DNA of 64,000 nucleotides from an archaeon (GTDB taxonomy: Archaea > Iainarchaeota > Iainarchaeia > Iainarchaeales > 0-14-0-20-34-12): positions 1,512 through 65,511 of the forward strand of contig JBBSVU010000014.1 of the NCBI GenBank assembly GCA_038046645.1, in the 5' to 3' direction. Position numbers and translations under genes: made by a program. The notes below the pieces were generated by a model. The model did not search any database, was not told the DNA's origin, and worked only from the letters and a program-made list of their open reading frames with translations. Shown in pieces: positions 33,530-42,764 of this stretch; positions within the stretch are counted from its first letter, which is position 1; the number at the start of each line of letters is the position of its first letter.

Positions 33530-34558
33530 ATGGTTAAATCAAATATTTCACAAAAAGAAGAGCAGATATTAAAATCAATAAATGTGAATTCTGACAATGA
33601 CCCTAAAAAACCAGAATACCCACCTTGGAACCCGAGATTTCCTACTACCCCGACGTACAAGATAAAAATTCCAGGCTTTAATGAAGTGCTTCTGAAGGAT
33701 GAGAGCAAGAATCCTACTGGAACGCATAAGGGAAGGTTAGCATGGGAAATTGTATGCTGGTACAAATCATTTTTGGAAGCAAAAAAATTAGGGGCAATAA
33801 ATACTGAATTGCCGCAATTTTCAGTAATAAGCTCGGGAAATTCTGCCTATGCGCTTGCTTATTTCCTGCAAAAATTTGACCTGCCAAAGCCAAAAATATT
33901 GATAGACATAAATACTAAAAAAAGCATTATTGATTTTTTAAGGAAACAATATTGTGAGTTATATTTTACTGATTTATCAAGAAAAGCACTTGAATCTAGG
34001 GAAATACTTGCATTGACTGAAAACAGAAATGGCTTTGACATTACCTCAAATAATGCATTAGAGCCTGCATCTATTTTTTATGACTGGATGTCATTTGAAA
34101 TAATAAATAACGCGCCAAATTATGTGCTATTGCCTTTTGGCTCTGGCGATTTATTCACAAATATATGCAATTGCATAAAGAAACAGATAGTAGCGAATAA
34201 AAAAGATCCAAGATTGATGGTAGATATAAACAAGCTGAGGACATGCAACATTATTGGCGCTACAGTAAATATTCCAACAACTAAAGCAGATAAATTATAT
34301 TCTCCGCATTTGCCTTTTGTTCATTTTGATGAACATTGGCTTGCATTCTACAAAAAATTCGGTTATATTGGTGAATCATCTGGAGTTTCAATTGTAAGTG
34401 AAGAACACTTGGAAGAGGCAATTGATATGGCAAAACAGCTTGGCGTGGAATGTGAACCTTCAGGGATTGCTGGATTGGCTTATTTGTTACAGAACAAGCA
34501 AAGATTGCCAAAGAATAAAAGAATTTTAATAGTAAGCACTGGGAAAGGTGTAATATAA
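33530..34558 (+). CDS. fold-type II PLP-dependent enzyme (threonine synthase/cysteine synthase superfamily)
   Basis: LKDESKNPTGTHKGR (PLP-Lys motif; family consensus is ..E..NPTGSFKDR), SSGNSA, LPFGSGD. ATG at 33530, 4 nt after the rSAM stop. The alternative TTG at 33518 overlaps it by 8 nt. Confidence 0.75.
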   Translation: MVKSNISQKEEQILKSINVNSDNDPKKPEYPPWNPRFPTTPTYKIKIPGFNEVLLKDESKNPTGTHKGRLAWEIVCWYKSFLEAKKLGAINTELPQFSVISSGNSAYALAYFLQKFDLPKPKILIDINTKKSIIDFLRKQYCELYFTDLSRKALESREILALTENRNGFDITSNNALEPASIFYDWMSFEIINNAPNYVLLPFGSGDLFTNICNCIKKQIVANKKDPRLMVDINKLRTCNIIGATVNIPTTKADKLYSPHLPFVHFDEHWLAFYKKFGYIGESSGVSIVSEEHLEEAIDMAKQLGVECEPSGIAGLAYLLQNKQRLPKNKRILIVSTGKGVI

Positions 34559-34605
34559 CCTATTCTGCTATTGCAGATACTTTATTTGACACTTGACGAA
34601 ACGTA

Positions 34606-34613
34606 TTTAAATA
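34606..34613 (+). promoter_or_regulatory. TATA box for a leaderless XRE-regulator transcript
   Basis: TTTAAATA is centred ~24 nt upstream of the ATG at 34634. Confidence 0.45.
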
Positions 34614-34633
34614 AGTATTCTCAGAAATAACAT

Positions 34634-35347
34634 ATGCTTGAGAAATTACCTTCAACAATTGCTGGTGAAATATCACTAAGCAAAGACCCTGGAGGCAGCA
34701 TAAAGAAATGGAGAGAAATCTTTAGCATCACCCAGACTGATTTGGCCAAAGAATTGAAGATAAGCCCTTCAACAATAAGCGATTATGAGGGGGGGAGAAG
34801 AAAGAACCCTGGCATCAATGTAGTAAGCAGATTTGTAAATACAATTATCGAGATTGATAGAAAAAGGGGCGGCAAGATAATTAAACAGTTAGAAAAAGAT
34901 TTTGAGCCAAGCTTTGATGCATTTGAAATACATGAATTTTTAAAAGCTTTAAAAGGGGCTGATTTCCTGCAACTTATTAATGGAATTTGCTTGGCAAATG
35001 AATCTAAACTGCAGGAAATAAACATTTATGGATATACAATAATTGACTCATTAAAAGTAATCATAAAAGTGCCTGTGCATGAGTATATGCATCTTTACGG
35101 AAAAACACCGGAAAGAGCCTTAATATTTGAGCAGGTTGAAACCGGAAGAAGCCCGCTAATTGCGGTAAAAATCAGCAAGTTTAGCACAAACATGAATCCT
35201 GCAATTATTGTATTGCACACTCCGAAAAAGCCGGAAGAGATAGATGCTGTTGCAATAAAAATTGCTGAAAGCGAAAAAATTCCTTTAATCATAACTGCAA
35301 AACCTCTTGCGGACATTGTCAAGGACTTGCAGAAATTCGAAACATAA
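34634..35347 (+). CDS. XRE-family HTH regulator with C-terminal uncharacterised domain (archaeal COG1395-like)
   Basis: FSITQTDLAKELKISPSTISDYEGGRRKNPG HTH_3 motif, followed by a ~160-aa C-terminal domain. Confidence 0.75.
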   Translation: MLEKLPSTIAGEISLSKDPGGSIKKWREIFSITQTDLAKELKISPSTISDYEGGRRKNPGINVVSRFVNTIIEIDRKRGGKIIKQLEKDFEPSFDAFEIHEFLKALKGADFLQLINGICLANESKLQEINIYGYTIIDSLKVIIKVPVHEYMHLYGKTPERALIFEQVETGRSPLIAVKISKFSTNMNPAIIVLHTPKKPEEIDAVAIKIAESEKIPLIITAKPLADIVKDLQKFET

Positions 35348-35528
35348 CCAAGCCTTTCTTTTCCATTTCAAGCGAAGCTTGAAAGGACCTATAAAACCTA
35401 AGGTTTTATGTGGTCTTTGCGAAAGAAAAGAAAGTCTAGGTATTACAAGTAAAATTCTATTGGAATTTTACTGTACACTAAAATCCTTTGGATTTTAGTC
35501 GTATCCAAAGAAAAGAAACTATTTTTTT
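35348..35528 (+). mobile_element. 181-nt hairpin-element copy (copy E) flanked by a perfect 16-bp direct repeat
   Basis: GAAATTCGAAACATAA occurs at 35332-35347 and 35529-35544. The element is CCAAGCC-hairpin-GTCTAGG-TATTA..TATCC-AAAGAAAAGAAAC, with four inserted short hairpins (35366-35384, 35391-35409, 35449-35471, 35477-35499). Confidence 0.7.
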
Positions 35529-35580
35529 GAAATTCGAAACATAAATAAGAATATTGCACTAATGATAGGTAAGGGAAAGC

Positions 35581-35994
35581 ATGGTTGGCAGATATCAATT
35601 TGCACTTGCGGAAGACAGGCAGGCAATAGACAGGTTAACACAGGACAGCGTCATTGAATATATGTCATCTACGTACCCAAATGCAAAGGTTGCAGCTATT
35701 TTAGAAGGAGACAAAATTGTTGGGAAAATGATATTTCAAATACGGGAAGCTATGCGCATCGAGTATATTGAAGCAAACAAGGAAGCCACAAAAGATTTTG
35801 TTGCCAAATATGGCAGAACCCTTGCTGAAGAGATTGTTGCCCAATGCATAAAAAAATATGGGGTAAAAAAAATTAAATGGTTTAAACTGCAGCCAGACGG
35901 AGACACGGCAATTAGACGGGCAGCAGAAAAAGGATATGTACGAAATTTGGGGGGGCTGAGGCAGAGATCGCAAATTTCCCAGAACCAATATTAG
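35581..35994 (+). CDS. hypothetical protein (possibly GNAT-like fold), Arg-rich tail
   Basis: 137-aa ORF with AAGGGAAAG upstream. Weak similarity in layout to 14002..14538. Confidence 0.45.
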   Translation: MVGRYQFALAEDRQAIDRLTQDSVIEYMSSTYPNAKVAAILEGDKIVGKMIFQIREAMRIEYIEANKEATKDFVAKYGRTLAEEIVAQCIKKYGVKKIKWFKLQPDGDTAIRRAAEKGYVRNLGGLRQRSQISQNQY

Positions 35995-36101
35995 CAACGA
36001 GCAGGCAAAGATTAAGAAAGTCAGCAAGAAGATCTGCACAAAGAAGCTTTGTTAGGCGAATAAAATCAAGGACAATGAGAAATCCAAGAAGAAGTTTATA
36101 G

Positions 36102-36812
36102 TTAATCCCTTGGTTCTTCATCAAATCTTACGCAAGCAGTTAATCTCTTTATTTCCTGGCCTTCTTTCAGACCCATTAAAGTATTGGAAGTGCTCATTCT
36201 TCCTTCAAATTCTTCTTTTAATTCCCTAGCTGCTTGAAATACAACTTTCTTTGAGCCGATATAATAATCAAAACCATTTGGCAGGGATATTCTCTTGATG
36301 ATCTTTGCCAGAGGATTGTCCTTTTGCCTTTTTAAAAATGAATCAACAAGCCTTTTTGCTTTTTCAATCTGATTAGGGTTATCCGACCTTACCTGCAGGA
36401 TTCCTTCAAAATAACCGCCCGCTATTCTTGAGCAGTCAGGGCAGTTTGTTTTTGCCAATTTCAACTCAAGGTCTTTTTCAATTGCAACCGGCAGCCCCTT
36501 GAAAATGCCTTTTACTGAAATATTTGCAGATAAAACATTCTCTTTCTTTGGTGTAAATTTTATTTTGAAATTTGCCTTTCTTAGCTCTTCCATCTTCAAT
36601 TTGTCAAGCAAATAGTCTGCTATCTCTTCAGTATTTTCATATTTCAGCCATTCATTTTTCAGCTTAATGCGATTGCATTTTTTGCAAAAATCGATTTCAA
36701 ATTTATCAGGGATAACAAGCATCTTATGGTCCTGCAGATAACAATCTTTGCAGAATCCTTCAACGAAAGGGCCGTCAGTTGAACCACATTTAGGGCAAAA
36801 TCGTTCTAACAT
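36102..36812 (-). CDS. NMD3-family (60S subunit export/biogenesis) homolog
   Basis: N-terminal Cys clusters CPKCG...CKDC...FCKKCNR, typical of the NMD3 N-domain. The Met at 36812 is preferred over the track start at 36863. Confidence 0.6.
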   Translation of the reverse strand: MLERFCPKCGSTDGPFVEGFCKDCYLQDHKMLVIPDKFEIDFCKKCNRIKLKNEWLKYENTEEIADYLLDKLKMEELRKANFKIKFTPKKENVLSANISVKGIFKGLPVAIEKDLELKLAKTNCPDCSRIAGGYFEGILQVRSDNPNQIEKAKRLVDSFLKRQKDNPLAKIIKRISLPNGFDYYIGSKKVVFQAARELKEEFEGRMSTSNTLMGLKEGQEIKRLTACVRFDEEPRD

Positions 36813-36873
36813 AAAAATCAATGGCAATACCAAAAAACAAATACTCTTGCAAATAATTAACAAAAGTGGATTA

Positions 36874-38139
36874 TTATAATTTAATTGTTTTTCCTGCTTC
36901 TGGCGTTATTGTTTCAATTCCTAATTCTTCCTTAATTGCTGCTGCAAATGGATCCATAGTTTGTGGATCGCCATGCACTAAAAGGATTTTTTCCGGATTC
37001 CATTTTTTGTAGCATTTTAGCATGCTTTCGCGGTCTGCATGCGCTGAAAAATCGAATTTTTTAACCTCTGCGTTAACCCTTATTTCCTCTCCTTTAAGGC
37101 CTATCGTACCTTTATCAATTAACTGCCTACCTGGAGTCTTATCAACTTGATAACCTGTTAAATAAACACTTGATTTTGGATCGTTATGCATGCGCTTTAG
37201 GTAATAAAGTGCAGGGCCTCCTGCTAACATGCCTGCGCTGCTTACAATCACACAAGGATTCTTCAGAAGCTTGGCTCTTTGCCTTTCATTCTGGACAAAA
37301 ACACAATTCTGCATTGCTTTTTTTAATGTTCTAGGATCTTTAAGATATTCACTGTGTGCTAAAGTAATGTTAAATATTTTTTGGCCCATGCCATCCAAAT
37401 AAATGTCAGCATTTACGTTATAACTATATAATATTTCTATCAATTCTTGGGATCTGCTAACTGCAAATGCTGGCACTAAAGCAATTCCTTTCCTATCAAG
37501 TGTTTCATTTATTGCATCAACAAATTCCTTTTCAGTTTGCTCCCTTGGCGGATGCACTGACGTACCGTATGTTGATTCACTAATAACATAATCTGCGTCT
37601 AGGTTTGTATCTGCCCCAGCTAACATCCGAGTTTCCATCGGGTTAAAATCCCCGGTATATAGCAAACTTCTATTTTTATGGGTCAATTTCACCATGGATG
37701 AGCCAATAATATGGCCAGCATCATACAATTCCATAGAGATGTTTTTTGTGATATTCAAATGCCTTTTGTATAATGCTGGAAAGGTAAATGTTTTTGTGTG
37801 TTCAATTTCTGCTTTTGAATATTTTATTTCTTTACTTTCAATATCAGCTATCTTCAATGCATCATGCCACAATACTTCAGCTATTGCTAGTGTTGGCTGG
37901 GTCATGTAACATAAAGTATTGCCTGTAACGAATAAATGCGGCAAATAACCTGAATGGTCTAAATGCGCATGGCTGATTACAATTGCGTTCAGGTTTGTTT
38001 TCACAGGCAAAGGATATGTTGTCCTATTGGGCTCAATCTTGGCACCATAGTCAAGCAGAATTTTATCGCCTGCATCCACAACAAATGCGCTTCGCCCTAC
38101 TTCCCTGCATGCCCCTAACCCTTCAATCTTAAAAACCAT
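36874..38139 (-). CDS. beta-CASP ribonuclease, aCPSF2-type (no KH domains)
   Basis: ISHAHLDHSGYLP, DAGHIIGS, ESTYG, PAFAVSRSQE, FSAHAD, LVHGD. 421 aa. Confidence 0.85.
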   Translation of the reverse strand: MVFKIEGLGACREVGRSAFVVDAGDKILLDYGAKIEPNRTTYPLPVKTNLNAIVISHAHLDHSGYLPHLFVTGNTLCYMTQPTLAIAEVLWHDALKIADIESKEIKYSKAEIEHTKTFTFPALYKRHLNITKNISMELYDAGHIIGSSMVKLTHKNRSLLYTGDFNPMETRMLAGADTNLDADYVISESTYGTSVHPPREQTEKEFVDAINETLDRKGIALVPAFAVSRSQELIEILYSYNVNADIYLDGMGQKIFNITLAHSEYLKDPRTLKKAMQNCVFVQNERQRAKLLKNPCVIVSSAGMLAGGPALYYLKRMHNDPKSSVYLTGYQVDKTPGRQLIDKGTIGLKGEEIRVNAEVKKFDFSAHADRESMLKCYKKWNPEKILLVHGDPQTMDPFAAAIKEELGIETITPEAGKTIKL

Positions 38140-38312
38140 ATAATCTACTCAAATAGTTTACAATATCTAATATGCCTATAATATATTGATAAATCTATTG
38201 ATTTTGAAGTAAATGTTTTTTAAAGAGGAATTTATTTCAGGATAAGGCAAGTTTGAAGTAAATGCTAAGTCAAAATAATACATATTTTAATTAGTTATTC
38301 ACTATTTGGGTT

Positions 38313-39821
38313 ATGCAAATTCAAAGGATATTGCCCTTATTATTTTTACTTTTATTTTTGGGCATGGCTTCTGCGGCGCTTTCCTACGATTTGAATCTTT
38401 TGGAGGATAATGCCGAGGTAAACATGCAGATTGAACTGATAAGCACAAAGGCAGCAAATGTATTCCAAGGAAGTATGCAAATTCCGGAGAATGCAAAAAT
38501 AACCAGAATAAAAGACAGCAGCGGGAATATAAGCGAATTTTCATTAGAAAAAGGAGATTTAACATTCAAGACAAATTACAGCATTGCAAAGGAAAAGGAA
38601 ATTGTTGACATTAAGATGATATGGCCTAATATCATAGATAAAAATTATTATGGCCTAAATTGTTCAAAACTCTCATTTTCTGGAATAAAAGATATTGAAA
38701 CAACAGTCAATATTGAAGGAAATAAAATACTATCATTTGAAGCTTCTGCAGGATTTAACACATATTATTCGGAAAACAAAATTACTGTTAAAGGAATTGG
38801 CCCTGTAAACATCTACTTATGCTACTCAGATAAAGGGCTTTATTTCAAGCATTATGTTTTGTTCGGGGAAACAATAAACTTAAGCGAAACTGAAGATTAT
38901 TTTGACATAATTCCTTTGGTGCTAGGAATCATGCCTGCTTTTTCAAGGTTCCCTATTGTGATTATGGAAGATGCTCACTATAATATTGAGATAAATGAGT
39001 ACAGCCAAGGAACACACATGCCTGGCGGAGTCTTAATTATAAAAAAATCCTTGTTTGAGGATAAACAAGGGAAAACAAATGAGGGAATTATCACAACAAT
39101 ACATGAAACAGTGCATTCCTTCAATGCTCTTGCTTTGGGATGGAATAATACGCAGGCAAGCTTTTTTGATGAAGGCATAGCTAAGCTGATTGAATCAATA
39201 GCATTGGAAAGGGCTGAAGCATATGACGCCAAATTATTTTATGGTGAGGTAAAATATGCTGAAGGCAACAAACTGTTTACCTTATTGCCTAAAGGAGAGG
39301 TTGAAGACCTTCTTGATTATTATTTAAACAACCGAACATTTATGGTTGAATGGAATCCATCAAATGTGAATAATCGGGCATTTGGCTATGCATATGGCGA
39401 GTTATATGCAAAAAAATATGTGATGGATTATGGAATAACTAAATTGCAAAAAGCCTACCGTGAATTTGTTGAGATAAATGAAAGCATAACTTCTGAAGGC
39501 AAGGCATATGATAAGATAAATGTGGTTTTGGGGGCAACGGAACAGCCATGTTATACGAAATCTTTGCAAGAGCTAAAGGATTGTTTAAATACTGTAAATG
39601 CGTACCATATTATGGTGCCTAATCAAACTCAGGTATTAATTGTTGGACAGCAGGAACTGAAAGGCACTAAGGAAACCAGCATAACCGAGATAAAGGATAT
39701 GCAAAAACAAAAGATAATTGACATTTATTATGAATTGAAAAAAAGGTTCAATTCATTATTTGAAAAAATAATGCTAGCTTGGAAAAGCCAGATAAAAAAT
39801 GTTGCAGAGGGAGATGTATGA
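38313..39821 (+). CDS. secreted gluzincin (M1-like) zinc metallopeptidase
   Basis: Signal peptide LPLLFLLLFLGMASA. HETVH followed by exactly 18 residues and then E (FFDEG), i.e. HExxH-X18-E. Confidence 0.7.
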   Translation: MQIQRILPLLFLLLFLGMASAALSYDLNLLEDNAEVNMQIELISTKAANVFQGSMQIPENAKITRIKDSSGNISEFSLEKGDLTFKTNYSIAKEKEIVDIKMIWPNIIDKNYYGLNCSKLSFSGIKDIETTVNIEGNKILSFEASAGFNTYYSENKITVKGIGPVNIYLCYSDKGLYFKHYVLFGETINLSETEDYFDIIPLVLGIMPAFSRFPIVIMEDAHYNIEINEYSQGTHMPGGVLIIKKSLFEDKQGKTNEGIITTIHETVHSFNALALGWNNTQASFFDEGIAKLIESIALERAEAYDAKLFYGEVKYAEGNKLFTLLPKGEVEDLLDYYLNNRTFMVEWNPSNVNNRAFGYAYGELYAKKYVMDYGITKLQKAYREFVEINESITSEGKAYDKINVVLGATEQPCYTKSLQELKDCLNTVNAYHIMVPNQTQVLIVGQQELKGTKETSITEIKDMQKQKIIDIYYELKKRFNSLFEKIMLAWKSQIKNVAEGDV

Positions 39822-40228
39822 AGAATATTATTTATTGTGAAAAAGATATTGGAGGTGTAATGCCTGGCAGCGATGCAATAATTTTTGCAAGGCCGATAAA
39901 GGCAAAAGCCTTATTGAAATTGCTAAAAAAATGCAGGCATTTAAGCAAGGTCTGCGCAAGCAAATCATGCGAGCAAAGGCTTTCATCAAAGGTGAAGAAA
40001 ATTCTTTCAGAGAAAGGCATTTCAATACATAAAGAAAGCCATAGGGGTAGGGCAATTGAAATAGATATGGCCGATATCAAAAAAATAGCTGAATTAAGGA
40101 AGGATTACAGGCCTTTAAGGGAGATAGAAAGAATATTGGGGGTGCCAAAGAGCACAATACATTACCTTGAAAGGCACTCAAAAAAGGAAAAAATAAAGAA
40201 AGGCAATAAAGTAATTTATTTGAAATAA
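39818..40228 (+). CDS. small HTH DNA-binding protein
   Basis: C-terminal LREIERILGVPKSTIHYLERH (resolvase/Hin-like HTH). ATG at 39818 overlaps the protease stop (ATGA). Confidence 0.5.
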   Translation: MKNIIYCEKDIGGVMPGSDAIIFARPIKAKALLKLLKKCRHLSKVCASKSCEQRLSSKVKKILSEKGISIHKESHRGRAIEIDMADIKKIAELRKDYRPLREIERILGVPKSTIHYLERHSKKEKIKKGNKVIYLK

Positions 40229-40239
40229 GGACAGATAAA

Positions 40240-41799
40240 ATGAGAGAATACCTCTGCAATTTTAATTCCAAGCAACTAAGCAGTGAAATATTTGATTACC
40301 TAATTATTGGCAATGGTTTGGCCGGGCTTGTTTGCGCATATTATATCTCAAAAAATTCTGACAAAAACATTGCCATAATTACCAAAGAGATAAAGGAAAG
40401 GTCAAACAGCATGAATGCCCAAGGAGGGATAGCTGTTGCTTTAGGCAAAAATGATTCCTGGAAAAAACACCTTAAGGACACAATAGACTGCGGCTCTGGT
40501 TTGACTAATAAAAAAATAGCCACAATTCTCGTAAAAAATGCAATAAAAGATATTAAAGAAATGATTGAATTAGGGTTAGAGTTTGATTCTGATGAAAATG
40601 GATTAGAATTTGGCAAGGAAGGCATGCATTCAACAAACAGGATATTGCACATTAACGGGGATGCAACTGGTGCAGGCTTGGTAAAATTCATGGAAAAGCT
40701 TGTTTCAGGGCAGAAAAATATTCACTTATTCAAAAAAACTTATGCAATTGATGTGCTTGCTGAAAAGAATAGGGCTTTTGGGATTCTGGCAGAAACAAAG
40801 GATGAAGGGAGAAGAATCTTTTATTCGGACAACATTGTTTTTGCATCCGGTGGATATGGGGCTATTTTTAAAAACACGACAAACCCTAAAAATGCACTTG
40901 GTGACGGGATTGCGATGGCATATAGGGCGAATGCATCAATATCTGACATGGAATTTGTGCAATTCCACCCAACAACACTGAAAACAGAAGACAGAAATTA
41001 TCTCATATCAGAAGCGGTGAGAGGCGAAGGCGCATTGCTTGTGAATGAAAACAACGAAAGATTTATGCTAAAGGAAAGCAAATTAGGAGAATTAAGCGGC
41101 AGAGACATTGTAAGCCGTGCAGTATTTAACCAAATGCAACAAGGCCATATTCCATATCTTGATTGCACATCTTTAGATAAGGGATTCTTCAAAGAAAGGT
41201 TTCCTTCAATATTTAATTTTTTGGAAGAACAGAATATTGACCCTTCAAAAGATTTGATAAAAATAGAGCCTGCAGCGCATTACTGCATTGGCGGAATTAA
41301 GGTAAATGAAAAAGGTTTAACATCCGTCAAAAATCTTTATGCATGCGGTGAATGCTCCTGTACCGGAGTTCACGGAGCAAACAGATTAGCAAGCAATTCC
41401 CTGCTCAGTGCAATTGTTTTTGGCAAAATTGTTGGACAAACCATTGCTAAAAAAAAATCAACCACGAAAAGGATTGGAATAACATATAATAAAAAGAAAT
41501 ATTCTAAAGACGGCCAATATGAAAACAAGATAAGTGCAGTTAGGGAATTAATGTGGAACAATGTTGGGATAGTGAGGAATGCTGCTGGGTTAAAGAAAGC
41601 AATAGCAGGAATCAAAAAAATTGGAAAAAACCTTGGTGCTGAGGATTCTGTCAGCTATTTCAAAACAAGGAATATGGTTACAGCAGCGGAATTAACTGCT
41701 GAAATGGCTCTTTCAAGGGAAGAGAGCCGGGGAGTGCATTACAGGAGTGATTTTCCAAAGGAATCAAAGAAATGGATAAAACATCAGAAAGTGCAATAA
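40240..41799 (+). CDS. nadB: L-aspartate oxidase
   Basis: IIGNGLAGL, NAQGGIAVAL, FVQFHPT, RGEGALL, LYACGE, HGANRLASNSL. Confidence 0.9.
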   Translation: MREYLCNFNSKQLSSEIFDYLIIGNGLAGLVCAYYISKNSDKNIAIITKEIKERSNSMNAQGGIAVALGKNDSWKKHLKDTIDCGSGLTNKKIATILVKNAIKDIKEMIELGLEFDSDENGLEFGKEGMHSTNRILHINGDATGAGLVKFMEKLVSGQKNIHLFKKTYAIDVLAEKNRAFGILAETKDEGRRIFYSDNIVFASGGYGAIFKNTTNPKNALGDGIAMAYRANASISDMEFVQFHPTTLKTEDRNYLISEAVRGEGALLVNENNERFMLKESKLGELSGRDIVSRAVFNQMQQGHIPYLDCTSLDKGFFKERFPSIFNFLEEQNIDPSKDLIKIEPAAHYCIGGIKVNEKGLTSVKNLYACGECSCTGVHGANRLASNSLLSAIVFGKIVGQTIAKKKSTTKRIGITYNKKKYSKDGQYENKISAVRELMWNNVGIVRNAAGLKKAIAGIKKIGKNLGAEDSVSYFKTRNMVTAAELTAEMALSREESRGVHYRSDFPKESKKWIKHQKVQ

Positions 41800-41858
41800 A
41801 AACCTAATTGCTCGTATTGTACTATATCCAATAAATACCCTATCATCCGAATTTATTT

Positions 41859-42764
41859 ATGCAAACAAAAGAAATGCAGGCTGAAATTTTAAGGCTTAAG
41901 AAGGAAAAAAATGTCATTATTTTGGCGCATAATTACCAGATAGCTGAAATACAGGATATTGCTGATTTTGTTGGGGATTCTTTAGAGTTAGCATTTGCTG
42001 CACAGAAAACAGATGCAAATTTGATTATTTTCTGCGGCGTTGATTTTATGGCGGAGATTGCCAAAATAGTGAACCCTGCCAAGAAAGTTTTATGGCCCAA
42101 TAAAAAGGCAAACTGCCCGATGGCTGCAATGTTAAAAGTAGAAGATATTATTGAAGCAAAAAGAAAATACCCTAATGCAAAGGTTGTTCTTTATGTGAAT
42201 TGTTCTGCCGAATCTAAAGAATTAGCAGATTGTTGTTGCACATCAGCAAATGCAGTGAAAATTGTTAATGAAATGGATTCGGATATTGTGCTTTTTGGGC
42301 CAGACAAGAATTTGGCAGAATATGTGGCAGAACAAACCGGCAAAAAGATAATTCCTATTCCGGCAAATGGTTTCTGTTCAACACATCAATTTATTACAAA
42401 AGTAGAAATTGAAATAATGAAGGAAAAATATCCTAATGCAAAGGTAATTGCGCACCCTGAATGCACAAAAGAGGTAAGGGATGCAGCAGATTACATTGCA
42501 AGCACATCTGGAATGATAAGGGTTGCAAAAGAATCTGATGCAAAAGAGTTTATTGTTGCTACTGAGAATGGGCTATTGCACAGGTTAAGGAAAGATATTC
42601 CGAATAAGAAATTTTATCCGGCAAGTGAAACTGCTATCTGCGGAGCAATGAAACAGGTTAAGTTAGAAGATGTTTATAATTCATTAAAGAATATGGAATT
42701 TGAAGTGAAATTAAATGAAGAATTGGTGAAAAAAGCCTTCAAGCCACTTGATTGCATGTTATAG
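41859..42764 (+). CDS. nadA: quinolinate synthase
   Basis: ILAHNYQ, FCGVDFMAE, CPMA, YVNCSAE, HPEC. 301 aa. Confidence 0.9.
   Translation: MQTKEMQAEILRLKKEKNVIILAHNYQIAEIQDIADFVGDSLELAFAAQKTDANLIIFCGVDFMAEIAKIVNPAKKVLWPNKKANCPMAAMLKVEDIIEAKRKYPNAKVVLYVNCSAESKELADCCCTSANAVKIVNEMDSDIVLFGPDKNLAEYVAEQTGKKIIPIPANGFCSTHQFITKVEIEIMKEKYPNAKVIAHPECTKEVRDAADYIASTSGMIRVAKESDAKEFIVATENGLLHRLRKDIPNKKFYPASETAICGAMKQVKLEDVYNSLKNMEFEVKLNEELVKKAFKPLDCML

Noticed and set aside
33331-33765. 144-aa minus-strand ORF across the rSAM/PLP gene junction
   Set aside because: It is antisense to two motif-bearing genes, with no motifs of its own.
35995-36101. Purine-rich, coding-looking stretch after the stop of 35581..35994 (possible decayed C-terminus or read-through)
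   Set aside because: All three frames are interrupted by stops within ~20 codons. I cannot distinguish a pseudogene remnant from a K-rich-like spacer.
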